Source: Elusimicrobiota bacterium (GTDB taxonomy: Bacteria > Elusimicrobiota > Elusimicrobia > JACQPE01). Taken from it: 64,000 nt of DNA. Shown in pieces: positions 20,216-29,440 of the stretch. The position numbers and the translations under genes are program-made. The notes under the pieces are model-generated. The model worked only from the letters and a program-made list of their open reading frames with translations, had not been told where the DNA came from and did no database searches. The stretch's first letter is position 1; each line of letters starts with the position of its first letter. Location: assembly GCA_042563375.1 (NCBI GenBank), contig JBHPMF010000003.1, positions 9,244-73,243 on the forward strand. Reading direction: 5' to 3'.

Positions 20216-20971
20216 ATGTCTATAGGAATAATACTCGGCAGTGGTTTGGGCGGTGCGGTGAATTATTTTTCCTCAGTGAAGAAGGAATGCAGTTTTGAGG
20301 AATTCCTTGGAATAGATCTTGGCGACAGGCGGCCTCCAAAGGGCCATCATCGCAACCTCCTTAAGGTGACCCACAAGGGCAAGACTTTCTGGATATTGCA
20401 GGGCAGGCTGCATTATTACGAGGGGTTTTCCATGGACACTATCACCAGCACTGTGCGTTCGCTTAACAAGCTCGGAGTGGATACGCTTGTTCTGAGTTTC
20501 GCTTGCGGGTCTATTAATCGCAAATTACGCGTAGGGGATTTCATAGCTCTTAAAGATCACATACATCTTCAATCAGGTAATCCATTGCGCGGAACAACGA
20601 ATTTTATCGACTGCACGAATGTGTATGACGAAGCCCTGAGGAAAAACCTGCTCTCAAGTGCGAAAAAAGAAAAGGCAAGGGCATTTCCGGGTGTTTATAT
20701 TTCCCTTGATGGTCCCACATATGAGACCCCGGCTGAGATAATGGCATATAAAGCCATGGGAGCTGATGTTGTGGGCATGAGCGTCACCTGTGAAGCTCTT
20801 GTGGCAAGATCTCTTGATATGAAGCTGGCGGGTTTCGGATGGGTAAGCAATTTGGCGAGCGGGATAGCTCCCAAGTGTAATTTGTCCCACCAGGAAGTTC
20901 TGGATATGGGGGCGCAAGTCGAGAAATCTTATGGACGTGTGCTTAAGAGGTTCATTGACAGCATAATCTGA
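20216..20971 (+). CDS. Purine nucleoside phosphorylase (PNP/MTAP family, PunA-like)
   Basis: GIILGSGLG start and GADVVGMSVTCEALVA...NLASG motif. AGGGAGGA RBS. Confidence 0.8.
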   Translation: MSIGIILGSGLGGAVNYFSSVKKECSFEEFLGIDLGDRRPPKGHHRNLLKVTHKGKTFWILQGRLHYYEGFSMDTITSTVRSLNKLGVDTLVLSFACGSINRKLRVGDFIALKDHIHLQSGNPLRGTTNFIDCTNVYDEALRKNLLSSAKKEKARAFPGVYISLDGPTYETPAEIMAYKAMGADVVGMSVTCEALVARSLDMKLAGFGWVSNLASGIAPKCNLSHQEVLDMGAQVEKSYGRVLKRFIDSII

Positions 20972-20973
20972 CG

Positions 20974-22305
20974 ATGACGAGCAAACCGCGTTTTTCATAC
21001 CCTGATTTTATCGAGCCCAAAAAAGCGGGTAATGCATGGTCAAAACATGAGATATTTACTTTTGCGCAGGCTGTGAAAGACTCTGCGATCCCGGATTACC
21101 AGATAGCCGCGATCTTAATGGCAATAAGGCTTAAAGGGTTGACTCATAAGGAAGCAGCGGACCTTACTGATGCCATGACGCATTTTTCCGACAGGATAAA
21201 CCTGCGCGGCGTGCGGATACCCATAGTTGACAAGCATTCAACAGGCGGAGTCGGCGATGGGGTCAGTCTTGTGCTTGCGCCCTGGGCAGCGGCCTTGGGC
21301 CTTGCTGTTCCCATGATGAGCGGCAGAAGTTTAGGGCTCACAGGCGGAACGCTTGACAAGCTTTCTTCCATACCGGGGTTTCGTGTGGATTTAAATCGTT
21401 TTCGCGTGCAAAACCAGGTTAAAAAAATCGGGGTTGCCATGTTCGGACAAACAAAGGATATCGCTCCTGTTGACAGGAAGCTCTATGCTTTGCGCGATGT
21501 CACACGCACAGTGGATTCGCTTCCTCTTATAGTATCTAGCATTCTCTCGAAAAAGCTCGTTGAAGATATCAAGGTGCTGGTGCTTGATGTGAAATTCGGT
21601 TCCGGGGCGATATTCGCGCACAGAAAAGACGCCTTGATCTTGGCTAAAAGTCTGCTTCAGACCTCCAGATGTCTTGGTGTTAAGACAAAAGCCGTGATGT
21701 CTCATATGGATGAACCATTGGGCAGGGCCGCAGGCAATGCAGTCGAGATCGAGCAGGCTGTGAGGATCCTTGAATCTGGAGACGGCCCCGAGGATTTCAT
21801 GGAAGTGGCTTTTGAGCTTATGGCGCAGCTTCTTATCTTGAGCCGCAAGGCTGATTCAAGGAAAAAAGCTTATGCTTTTGCTTTGCGCGCTTTAAAGAAC
21901 GGATCAGCGCATGAGTGTTTTATGCGCATGCTTAAATACCAGGGAGCCACAGGCAAGGTATCAAAGGATGTGTGCGCGTATTTACCCAGACCCAAGAAGG
22001 TCATTACAATGAGAAGTACTTGCAATGGCTATGTGGCTAAAGTGTGCGCTAAAAAAATAGCTCAGGCAACACTTTGCCTTGGAGCATTGCGGCACAAGGA
22101 AAATGATCGCATAGACTACTCAGCAGGCGTGATATTGGAGAAGAAGAGAAGGGATAAGATTTCCAGGGGAGAACCTCTGGGGCGTCTTCATACCTCAACA
22201 GCGGATAAAAAAAGTGTTAATATGGCTGAAGGATTTTTCAGGGAGGCATATAAGTTCTCAAGATCAAGGCCTCCCTCAAGCAGCGTGATTTATCGCGTAA
22301 TATAA
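20974..22305 (+). CDS. deoA: Thymidine / pyrimidine-nucleoside phosphorylase
   Basis: DKHSTGGVGD and LTGGTLDKLSSIPGF motifs. 443 aa. Confidence 0.85.
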   Translation: MTSKPRFSYPDFIEPKKAGNAWSKHEIFTFAQAVKDSAIPDYQIAAILMAIRLKGLTHKEAADLTDAMTHFSDRINLRGVRIPIVDKHSTGGVGDGVSLVLAPWAAALGLAVPMMSGRSLGLTGGTLDKLSSIPGFRVDLNRFRVQNQVKKIGVAMFGQTKDIAPVDRKLYALRDVTRTVDSLPLIVSSILSKKLVEDIKVLVLDVKFGSGAIFAHRKDALILAKSLLQTSRCLGVKTKAVMSHMDEPLGRAAGNAVEIEQAVRILESGDGPEDFMEVAFELMAQLLILSRKADSRKKAYAFALRALKNGSAHECFMRMLKYQGATGKVSKDVCAYLPRPKKVITMRSTCNGYVAKVCAKKIAQATLCLGALRHKENDRIDYSAGVILEKKRRDKISRGEPLGRLHTSTADKKSVNMAEGFFREAYKFSRSRPPSSSVIYRVI

Positions 22306-22324
22306 ATGGAGGAATCAAAAGGAA

Positions 22325-23212
22325 ATGGCGAAAAATAAAGGCTCTCAAATAGAAATAGGCATTATCGGAGGAACAGGTCTTTACGAAATAGAGGCAGTCA
22401 AGGTGGTAAAAACTATCAAGATGAAAACGCCTTTTGGACTGTCGTCATCACCTATCCTTATAGGGGATTTAAAGGGTACACGGATGGCGTTCCTGGCAAG
22501 GCATGGTAAGGGGCATTCTATCCCTCCGACGCATGTCAACTCATGCGCTAATATCTACGCATTAAAATCTTTGGGAGTCAGGCATATCATCGGTGTCGGG
22601 GCTACCGGAAGCTTGAAAGAGGAGATCGCTCCGACCAATATCGTTATCCCGGATCAATTCCTGGATAGAACGAAATTGCGGACAAACAGTTTTTTTGGCC
22701 TCGGCCTTGTGGCTCATGTGTCTTTTAATCCTCCGACTTGTCCGAATCTTTCTGATCTTGTATCGACCTGTGCCGAAGACCTTGGCTTTAATGTGCACAG
22801 AGGCGGCACATACGTTTGTATAGAGGGTCCTGCTTTCTCAACCCTGGCTGAATCAATGGAATACAGGAAGCTTGGATGCTCTGTCATCGGCATGACAGCT
22901 TTACCCGAGGCAAAACTCGCCAGGGAAGCTGAAATATGCTATTCAACCCTTGCGTTCGCCACGGATTATGATGTGTGGAAAGAGGGAGAAGAAGTAAGCG
23001 TTGAGAAGGTCATGAATAATTTGAAGATCAGCACGAATTTCGCCAAACAGATACTGCTCACGGCTGTGGAGCGTTTAGCGAAAGTCAGGAAATGGGATAC
23101 GCCGTGCCCGTGTGTGAATGCTCTGAAGAATTCAATTATCACGAACAAAAAGCATATGGATAAGGCTATTGTGAAAAAACTCGGGATAATCGTCAAAAAA
23201 CACATTAAATAA
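22325..23212 (+). CDS. mtnP: S-methyl-5'-thioadenosine phosphorylase
   Basis: IGIIGGTGLY and ARHGKGHSIPPTHVN...ANIYALKSLGV motifs of MTAP. Confidence 0.8.
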   Translation: MAKNKGSQIEIGIIGGTGLYEIEAVKVVKTIKMKTPFGLSSSPILIGDLKGTRMAFLARHGKGHSIPPTHVNSCANIYALKSLGVRHIIGVGATGSLKEEIAPTNIVIPDQFLDRTKLRTNSFFGLGLVAHVSFNPPTCPNLSDLVSTCAEDLGFNVHRGGTYVCIEGPAFSTLAESMEYRKLGCSVIGMTALPEAKLAREAEICYSTLAFATDYDVWKEGEEVSVEKVMNNLKISTNFAKQILLTAVERLAKVRKWDTPCPCVNALKNSIITNKKHMDKAIVKKLGIIVKKHIK

Positions 23213-23290
23213 GGGCTTTTCTCCGGTAGTCGCAGGTCTTTAGCCTGCGTCTGCTATAAAGAATTTTCCTCGTTTAGATAGGGGGGTATA

Positions 23291-23986
23291 ATGAAAGCCA
23301 TAATATTCGATATAGACAATACGCTCGTAGATTTCATGAGAATGAAGCGCCATGCTGTGGATTCAGCCACAGAAGCCATGATCGACGCTGGATTGCCCGG
23401 TTCAAGGGAAGGCTTGAAGGAGAAGATCTTTCAGGTCTACTGGAAAGAAGGGATAGAGGATCAGCAGATATTCAATAAGGTTCTTGAGCAGGAATTGGGG
23501 AAGATCGATTTTAGGATCCTCGCCGCTGGTATCGTGGGCTATCGCAGAGCAAAGGATGCGTACTTGTCAGTTTATCCTCATGTGCACACCACCTTAACAC
23601 AGATCATAAAAATGCAGTACAAGATGGCGACAGTGTCTGATGCTCCGAGGCTGCAAGTTTGGATGAGGCTTGTTTCCCTTGGGCTTGCTCATTATTTTGA
23701 CACAGTAGTGACTTTTGAGGACACAGGAGAAAGAAAGCCATCCTCAAAACCCTTTTTACTTGCTCTGGACAGGCTTGGAGTCAAGGCTCAAGACACGGTA
23801 ATGATAGGTGATTGGGCGGAAAGAGATATTGTCGGAGCAAAAAAGCTCGGAATGACCACTGTGTTCGCGCGCTATGGAGATGAATTTAACACAAAGGAAT
23901 CAGGCGCTGATTACGATATAAATGATATATCAGAACTTGTCAGGATCGCGTGCGACCTCAAGAAGAAAACCAAAAGTAAAGCTTAA
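23291..23986 (+). CDS. HAD-superfamily hydrolase (phosphatase)
   Basis: IIFDIDNTL motif I and GDWAERDI motif IV-like segment. Confidence 0.7.
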   Translation: MKAIIFDIDNTLVDFMRMKRHAVDSATEAMIDAGLPGSREGLKEKIFQVYWKEGIEDQQIFNKVLEQELGKIDFRILAAGIVGYRRAKDAYLSVYPHVHTTLTQIIKMQYKMATVSDAPRLQVWMRLVSLGLAHYFDTVVTFEDTGERKPSSKPFLLALDRLGVKAQDTVMIGDWAERDIVGAKKLGMTTVFARYGDEFNTKESGADYDINDISELVRIACDLKKKTKSKA

Positions 23987-24021
23987 ATACAGCAACTAGT
24001 AAATTGTAACTAGTAAATAGC

Positions 24022-24669
24022 ATGAATAAAAAAACCAGACCACTTTTCTTGATTACTGCTTGCTGTTTACTGTTTGCTACTTACTCATTTTCGCTTGATA
24101 TTCGCGCGATCTATATCAATGAGCGCAATGGAGATCTTGTTGATTTTGACCTGGATTTTGACAGGTTTGAGATCAAGGGAACGCAAGCCTATTTAAAGGA
24201 TCTCAAGCCCGGCGCGGAAAAGGACGATCAAATGGATCTTGGAGTGCGCTTGCCCGCTTCGATCACAAAGAGCGCCAGGAGTTATCCTGAGATCGATTTT
24301 TTGGGACAAAGTCTTGAGGCGAGGATCTATAATGCATTGACATTTTTTAAAGCCAAGCCTGATAAAAAAGAGATATTATTCAAGGCGACCAATAAGCCTG
24401 TTGAGCTCCGTCTGGCCAGTATCGAGCCTGTTAAAAAAAGGGGAATGAGAGTAGCCAATGGGGTGTTATGGCTCGATGAGGAGATCGCTGTAAAGTTTTC
24501 ACTCATGGAATCAAAATGGAGCGCAGAGCCTTCAAGTTGGTGGATAGCGTTCCCGGCGCAGTATAATAAGGAAGAGAAGCGCTGGCGCAATGTGTTCCAT
24601 GTCAAAGACTGGTCTTTTAAAAAGAGGATAACCGAGATCGCCAGAAAAGCGTATTTGGAAAGGTTCTGA
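24022..24669 (+). CDS. Secreted hypothetical protein; two SpoVG-like repeats suspected
   Basis: Signal peptide (RPLFLITACCLLFATYSFS). See the finding for the by-eye alignment of both halves to the SpoVG encoded at 15520. Confidence 0.55.
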   Translation: MNKKTRPLFLITACCLLFATYSFSLDIRAIYINERNGDLVDFDLDFDRFEIKGTQAYLKDLKPGAEKDDQMDLGVRLPASITKSARSYPEIDFLGQSLEARIYNALTFFKAKPDKKEILFKATNKPVELRLASIEPVKKRGMRVANGVLWLDEEIAVKFSLMESKWSAEPSSWWIAFPAQYNKEEKRWRNVFHVKDWSFKKRITEIARKAYLERF

Positions 24670-24785
24670 AAAAAGGAACGCTGAAAACCCCTCTTATCTA
24701 CGTTTATCCGCATCCACCCGCTATCTCATCTTTATTCCAGGGTCATCCTGCCCCCAGATTTTTTCTCAAAAACCCCTTTCTTTTT

Positions 24786-24886
24786 TTCCTCCCCCCTGGT
24801 GGGGGACAGGCTTCTATAATTTATGGAGATGCCAGTCCTCGCAGGGAACCGGAGAGGGGGCTAGGTGGGGGGGATTAAGTTTTTCC
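24786..24886 (+). repeat. A-type G/C-run hairpin element (copy A1) with a nested B element
   Basis: TTCCTCCCCCCTGGTGGGGGA[B insert]GGGGGCTAGGTGGGGGGGATTAAGTTTTTCC. Compare the uninterrupted copies at 37339 and 39313. Confidence 0.75.
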
Positions 24887-25059
24887 TTGTACGATTTTCT
24901 CCGCTAATTGGTCTGTTTTTGTTCACTATTAGTGAACCGATCCCCCTTGACCGACCGCAAAAAACAGTATCCTAAATAGGCATATTCTAAATTCATATCA
25001 TTGGAGGGAGGGGAATATGGCACCTTGATTTTGTGAGATTAATCTCATAAAATCATGAC

Positions 25060-26196
25060 ATGAAACTTGTAAGGCCATTTCAGAAAAAACTTTATCAAAG
25101 GTTCCGCGAGAAAGCGCCCTTAATCCAAATACTCATTGGACCGCGGCAAGTTGGAAAAACAACGGCCGCGCAAGAAATCTATCGTCAGTGGCAGGGACAT
25201 AAATTGATGATCGCCGCTGACAGCCCAACACCTCCTCCCGGGGAATGGATCAAATGGAATTGGGAGAAGGCACTTGCCATGGGACCCGATACCCTTCTTA
25301 TCATTGATGAGGTTCAAAAGGTCACAGGCTGGAATGAAATAGTCAAATCTTTATTTGATCAAGAACGGGGCAAGGGAAACCTTAAAGTTCTTTTGCTTGG
25401 CTCATCAAGTCTTTATCTACAAAAGGGGATAAGTGAAAGTCTTGCGGGGCGATTCGAGTTGACCCGGGCCAGTCATTGGACTTATGGAGAGTGCAAAGAC
25501 TATTTCAGCTGGAGTATTGAGGATTATCTGCAATTTGGCGGCTATCCGGGAGCTGCTCCATTCATAAAAGATCATGAGCGTTGGCAAAGCTACATTTTAA
25601 ACAGCATTATTGAGCCTGTGCTAAGCCGCGATATCCAGGGACAGCAAAATATCAGGAACCCCGCGCTTTTCAGGCAGACCTTTGAGCTCATCATGCGCTA
25701 TCCCTCGCAAATTGTGAGTCTTCAAAAACTTCTGGGCCAATTGCAAGACAAAGGTAACGCAGCTACCATAAAACATTACTTAAACCTCTTCGAGAAATGT
25801 TTTCTTATCCGCTGCCTTGAAAAATTCAGCGGTTCCCACGTTAAAACAAAAGCGTCCAGCCCAAAAATAACTATTCTTAATCCCGCTTTAATCAGCGCAT
25901 ATCAGCCCAGGGAGAGATTGCGTAATGATAGGGGTTGGTATGGCCATATCCTGGAAACAGTGATCGGTTTTCACCTAACACTTCTTCCAAATAGCGAACT
26001 TTTCTATTGGAAACATGGAAACTTTGAAGTGGACTATATTCTAAAAACACCCAAAGAGACTGTTGCCATAGAAATTAAATCGGGTCACGAAAAAACCTCA
26101 GCTGGTTTAAAAGAGTTCTCAAAAAGATATCCTAAAATCCGCTGCGAACTGTGGGATCATGGGGAGTGTAAAAAATTTATCTCTTCAAATATTTAG
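25060..26196 (+). CDS. AAA-type ATPase with a C-terminal DUF4143 / PD-(D/E)xK-like domain (COG1373-type)
   Basis: Walker A GPRQVGKTT, Walker B LLIIDEVQ, and C-terminal FEVDYIL...VAIEIKSG (a D...E-x-K nuclease-like motif). Confidence 0.8.
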   Translation: MKLVRPFQKKLYQRFREKAPLIQILIGPRQVGKTTAAQEIYRQWQGHKLMIAADSPTPPPGEWIKWNWEKALAMGPDTLLIIDEVQKVTGWNEIVKSLFDQERGKGNLKVLLLGSSSLYLQKGISESLAGRFELTRASHWTYGECKDYFSWSIEDYLQFGGYPGAAPFIKDHERWQSYILNSIIEPVLSRDIQGQQNIRNPALFRQTFELIMRYPSQIVSLQKLLGQLQDKGNAATIKHYLNLFEKCFLIRCLEKFSGSHVKTKASSPKITILNPALISAYQPRERLRNDRGWYGHILETVIGFHLTLLPNSELFYWKHGNFEVDYILKTPKETVAIEIKSGHEKTSAGLKEFSKRYPKIRCELWDHGECKKFISSNI

Positions 26197-26640
26197 CCAT
26201 AGATCCGGAGTGATAGGCGCCAAACTAATTCAACCTTTTTTATGAGGAGTAAAACCCTCATACACACTGCCGGGGAGCAGTATGCAAGGACCTTGCGGTG
26301 GATGGCAGGAGAGATGTGTCGCCTGACCAAGCATGAATATTGCGAGTTTTTGATGATCCCCTGTTGGTCGCGGGGATATGAATGTTCTATCTGCGAATTG
26401 GCGTTAGAATTGGAAGTAAAAGACGCGCGGTAACCTTGCGCGATCAACCCGCCGAAATACTTTGACCGGGCCTTGCTAGATGCTAAAATCAGGGTGTAAG
26501 ATGGCATGGTGGAAGACACTTTTTCAGCCATTTGCCTGTTTGATTGAGCCCTTCGACTCCCTCCCTTCGACTTCGCTCAGGGCGGGTCGGTCGCTCAGGA
26601 CGAATTAAACGCATTCTCGTTAGGGGGATGCTTTTAATTC

Positions 26641-26715
26641 GCGCCCATGGTTCAAGGGATAGAGCGTAGCCCTGCGAAGGCTGAGGTGGTGGTTCGACTC
26701 CACCTGGGCGCACCA
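26641..26715 (+). tRNA. tRNA-Arg, anticodon GCG, with encoded CCA
   Basis: Manual cloverleaf: acceptor GCGCCCA/TGGGCGC, D-arm GTTC-AAGGGATA-GAGC, anticodon arm TAGCC-CTGCGAA-GGCTG, T-arm GGTGG-TTCGACT-CCACC, discriminator A, CCA. Confidence 0.85.
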
Positions 26716-26758
26716 TAAAGAGCTTCCACTTGTTTCCTGTGTTTTCTGTTTTTTGGTA

Positions 26759-26910
26759 GGCTCAGGCTTTAGCCTGCCCCCTCCAGACTGTTGTCCTGTG
26801 GGGAATACCACAGGACTGCCTGCTGGACTGTCCTGCGAGGACTGCCCTGTAGGGCATACTACAGGATTGCCCTTCGGGGCTAGCATCTCTATAAATATGG
26901 AAGCCTGTGT
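26759..26910 (-). repeat. B element (reverse orientation) carrying nested C-type CCTGT(A/G)G hairpins
   Basis: The reverse complement matches CAGGCTTCCATAT.TA..GAGATGCTAG.CCCGAAGGGCAATCCTGTAGTATGCCCTAC.GG seen at 60119-60185. Confidence 0.7.
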
Positions 26911-27138
26911 CTTTTATAAAGAACTTCATTTTCAAAGGAACACAGGCTTGGATTCGACTCGCTGTGTTCGCTCACCACAAGAAAGTCTGAGGCTACCAGA
27001 GATGGGGGTGTTTTGACATCCTGCGACACCCTTGTTTCCGCTATAATAGAGGTAGAGATGCCAGCCTGGCTTTGCCAGAAGCGCCATTTATCAAAAAAGA
27101 CCCGGTTTTAACCACATGTACATTAGGAGGTATTTATA

Positions 27139-28179
27139 ATGAATCTGTTTGGAAAACATTTGCTTTGCACACAGGACTGGAAAGTGCCTGAGATCGAGGC
27201 TGTTTTAAGCTTGGCTAAGGATATGAAGAAAAACAGGTATTCTTCAAAATATACATCCATCCTCAAGCACAAGACTTTCATGATGTTCTTTTATAACCCG
27301 TCAGTGAGGACAAGGCAGTCTTTTGAAGCTGCTGCGACTGAGCTCGGCGCTCATGCGCAATTCCTCGCGCCAACCGCGATGAGGCTTAAGACCAAGACTA
27401 CTGCAGGAGAGACCACAGAAGACGCGGCAAAGGTCATAAGCAGATATGGCTGCGGTATCGGGATAAGGATCCTTGAAGACAAGGTAGCTCAGTATGGTGA
27501 CGGGGAAGAGCTTTTGCGCGAATACTGCGAGCACGGCTCGATCCCTGTAGTGAGCATGGCGCATGACAAATTCCATCCATGCCAGGGGTTCGCTGATGTT
27601 ATGGCAGCTCGCGAGCGTTTGGGCTCGATCAAGAAAAAAACCATTCTTGTGACCTGGGCATCAGGAGCTCTTGTTCGCTCATGGTGCAGTATCCAGGAAA
27701 GTCTGCTCATCAACTCACGCCTTGGAATGAATGTAGTGCTGGCTTATCCTGAAGGATATGGACTGGACCCTGAGGTCATGGCCAATGTCAGAACGAACTG
27801 CAGGGCTAATAACACCTCTTTTGATATTACTCATGATTCCATCGAGGGATACAAGAACGCTGATATCGTGTATTCAAGGAATTGGATGAGTCCGAAAGCT
27901 TACAATCCTGATGGGAGCGGGTTGCTTAAAGAAAAAGAAAAAGAAATGGCTCTCAAACATGACAAGTGGATCACAACCGCTGAAAAGATGAAGATCACCA
28001 ACAACGCAATATTCACGCATCCCATGCCTGTTGACAGGGGCAGTGAAGTCACTGATGAAGTGGCTTCCGGGCCAAGAAGCGTGATCTATGACGCGGCTGA
28101 GGACAGGCTCCATGTTCAAAAAGCCATCATGGCTCTAACAATGAGCAAATATAATTATAAGACCAAGAAGAAATCCTGA
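27139..28179 (+). CDS. Carbamoyltransferase of the N-acetyl/N-succinyl-ornithine transcarbamylase branch
   Basis: SVRTRQSFE and HPCQ carbamoyl-phosphate motifs. HLLCTQDW N-terminus and EDRLHVQKAIMAL C-terminus resemble AOTCase-type enzymes. AGGAGG RBS. Confidence 0.8.
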   Translation: MNLFGKHLLCTQDWKVPEIEAVLSLAKDMKKNRYSSKYTSILKHKTFMMFFYNPSVRTRQSFEAAATELGAHAQFLAPTAMRLKTKTTAGETTEDAAKVISRYGCGIGIRILEDKVAQYGDGEELLREYCEHGSIPVVSMAHDKFHPCQGFADVMAARERLGSIKKKTILVTWASGALVRSWCSIQESLLINSRLGMNVVLAYPEGYGLDPEVMANVRTNCRANNTSFDITHDSIEGYKNADIVYSRNWMSPKAYNPDGSGLLKEKEKEMALKHDKWITTAEKMKITNNAIFTHPMPVDRGSEVTDEVASGPRSVIYDAAEDRLHVQKAIMALTMSKYNYKTKKKS

Positions 28180-28213
28180 GAATACAAGATCTGGCTGCAA
28201 AAACAAACTGCTA

Positions 28214-29440
28214 ATGGGCGCGCAAAAATATCATCTCAGATGCATCAGATGTCTCAAGGAATTCGATTCTTTTGAGACAAAATACGTTTGCCTGTTGTGC
28301 GGCGCAAACCTCGAAGTAATAAATGATCTTAAAAAAATAAAAAAGAAGCTGACCAAGCGTTACTTTGCCAACAATAAGGATTGCAGTATCTGGCGCTATT
28401 GCGAACTTTTGCCCTCAGTCAAACCAAGACAGTTCCCAAGGGTCGGATGGACTCCTTTATACAATGCTTGCGCGCTTGGCAAAAAATTAGGCTTTTCTGA
28501 TCTATTCCTGAAGGATGACAGCCTTAATCCCAGCGCGTCATTTAAAGACAGGGCGTCACTCGCAGCTTTAGCGCATGCATTGGACTTGAACGAAAAAGTC
28601 ATCACAGTCGCTTCCACGGGGAATGCTGCTTCATCTTTAGCTTGTTTGGCAGCAGGGCAAGACATTAAAACAATGATCTTCGTTCCCAGATCAGCCCCGA
28701 TAGCTAAACTCACGCAAGTCCTGATATTCGGGGCAAAAGTCTTCGCTGTAAATGGAACATATGACCGGGCTTATGATCTGTGCCTTGAAGCATCAAAGCT
28801 TTATGGATGGTACAACAGGAGCACGGGATATAATCCATTCACCAGGGAAGGGAAAAAAACATGCTCTTTTGAGATTTGCGAGCAATTGAACTGGAAAGCG
28901 CCTGATAAGGTGTTCGTGCCTGTGGGCGACGGCAATATCATCAGTGGTATCTGGAAGGGATTCAAGGAATTCTATGGCATGGGGCTTATCAATAAGCTTC
29001 CAAAGCTTGTTGCTGTGCAGGCTGTTTCAAGCAATGCTGTGAAAAAAGCTTTTGAATCTGACGAAGTGATCAGGGGCGTCAAGCCTGCAACGATCGCTGA
29101 CAGCATATCAGTGTCCATTCCAAGAGACGGGGAAGCTGCGGTCAAGGCTTTAAAGCAATCAGGGGGATTCGCTGTTTCAGTTACGGATAATGAGATCCTC
29201 CGGGCAATGGACATGCTGGCAAATACCAGCGGAGTTTTTGCTGAGCCCGCAGGAGCCGCTAGTATCGCGGGTTTGCAAAAAGCAAAAGCGCTTGGGCTGG
29301 TGAAAAAGCAGGAGAGAATAGTCGCTTTGATAACAGGCAACGGATTAAAAGACATAGCAAGCGCAGTAAAGGTCATAAACAAGCCTTGCGCGGTTGCGGG
29401 AATCAAGGATATTAAAAAGCAATTTGGAGGAAAATTCTGA
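28214..29440 (+). CDS. Threonine synthase-family PLP enzyme with an N-terminal zinc ribbon
   Basis: CIRC...CLLCG ribbon, SFKDRA PLP-lysine motif, and ASTGNAASSLA. Confidence 0.75.
   Translation: MGAQKYHLRCIRCLKEFDSFETKYVCLLCGANLEVINDLKKIKKKLTKRYFANNKDCSIWRYCELLPSVKPRQFPRVGWTPLYNACALGKKLGFSDLFLKDDSLNPSASFKDRASLAALAHALDLNEKVITVASTGNAASSLACLAAGQDIKTMIFVPRSAPIAKLTQVLIFGAKVFAVNGTYDRAYDLCLEASKLYGWYNRSTGYNPFTREGKKTCSFEICEQLNWKAPDKVFVPVGDGNIISGIWKGFKEFYGMGLINKLPKLVAVQAVSSNAVKKAFESDEVIRGVKPATIADSISVSIPRDGEAAVKALKQSGGFAVSVTDNEILRAMDMLANTSGVFAEPAGAASIAGLQKAKALGLVKKQERIVALITGNGLKDIASAVKVINKPCAVAGIKDIKKQFGGKF

Noticed and set aside
19914-20225. 103-aa plus-strand ORF between pth and the PNP gene
   Set aside because: It is composed almost entirely of CGCGAAT-word repeats and a nested hairpin element. 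It has no RBS or recognisable domain, so it is most likely a non-coding repeat region.
26193-26531. ORFs on both strands (112 aa minus, 63 aa plus) between the ATPase gene and the tRNA
   Set aside because: There are no motifs, no RBS, and odd composition. They overlap each other in a repeat-rich spacer. I cannot support a gene call. An ncRNA cannot be excluded, but no known structure was recognised.
26489-26886. Minus-strand ORFs (75 and 88 aa) overlapping the tRNA-Arg and B/C repeats
   Set aside because: They are antisense to a well-folding tRNA and run through palindromic repeats. Palindromes typically produce open frames of this kind as an artefact.
24022-27138. Genomic island integrated at the tRNA-Arg
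   Set aside because: There is no integrase or recombinase. No direct repeat of the tRNA 3' end was spotted. The flanking material is explained by small repeat elements. Only an accessory flavour remains.
28214-29440. Calling the ThrC-family gene a bona fide threonine synthase (thrC)
   Set aside because: The family motifs are clear. However, the operon partners (a carbamoyltransferase, a second PLP enzyme and an amidohydrolase) and the absence of hom/thrB make the physiological substrate uncertain. It is kept as a family-level call without a gene symbol.
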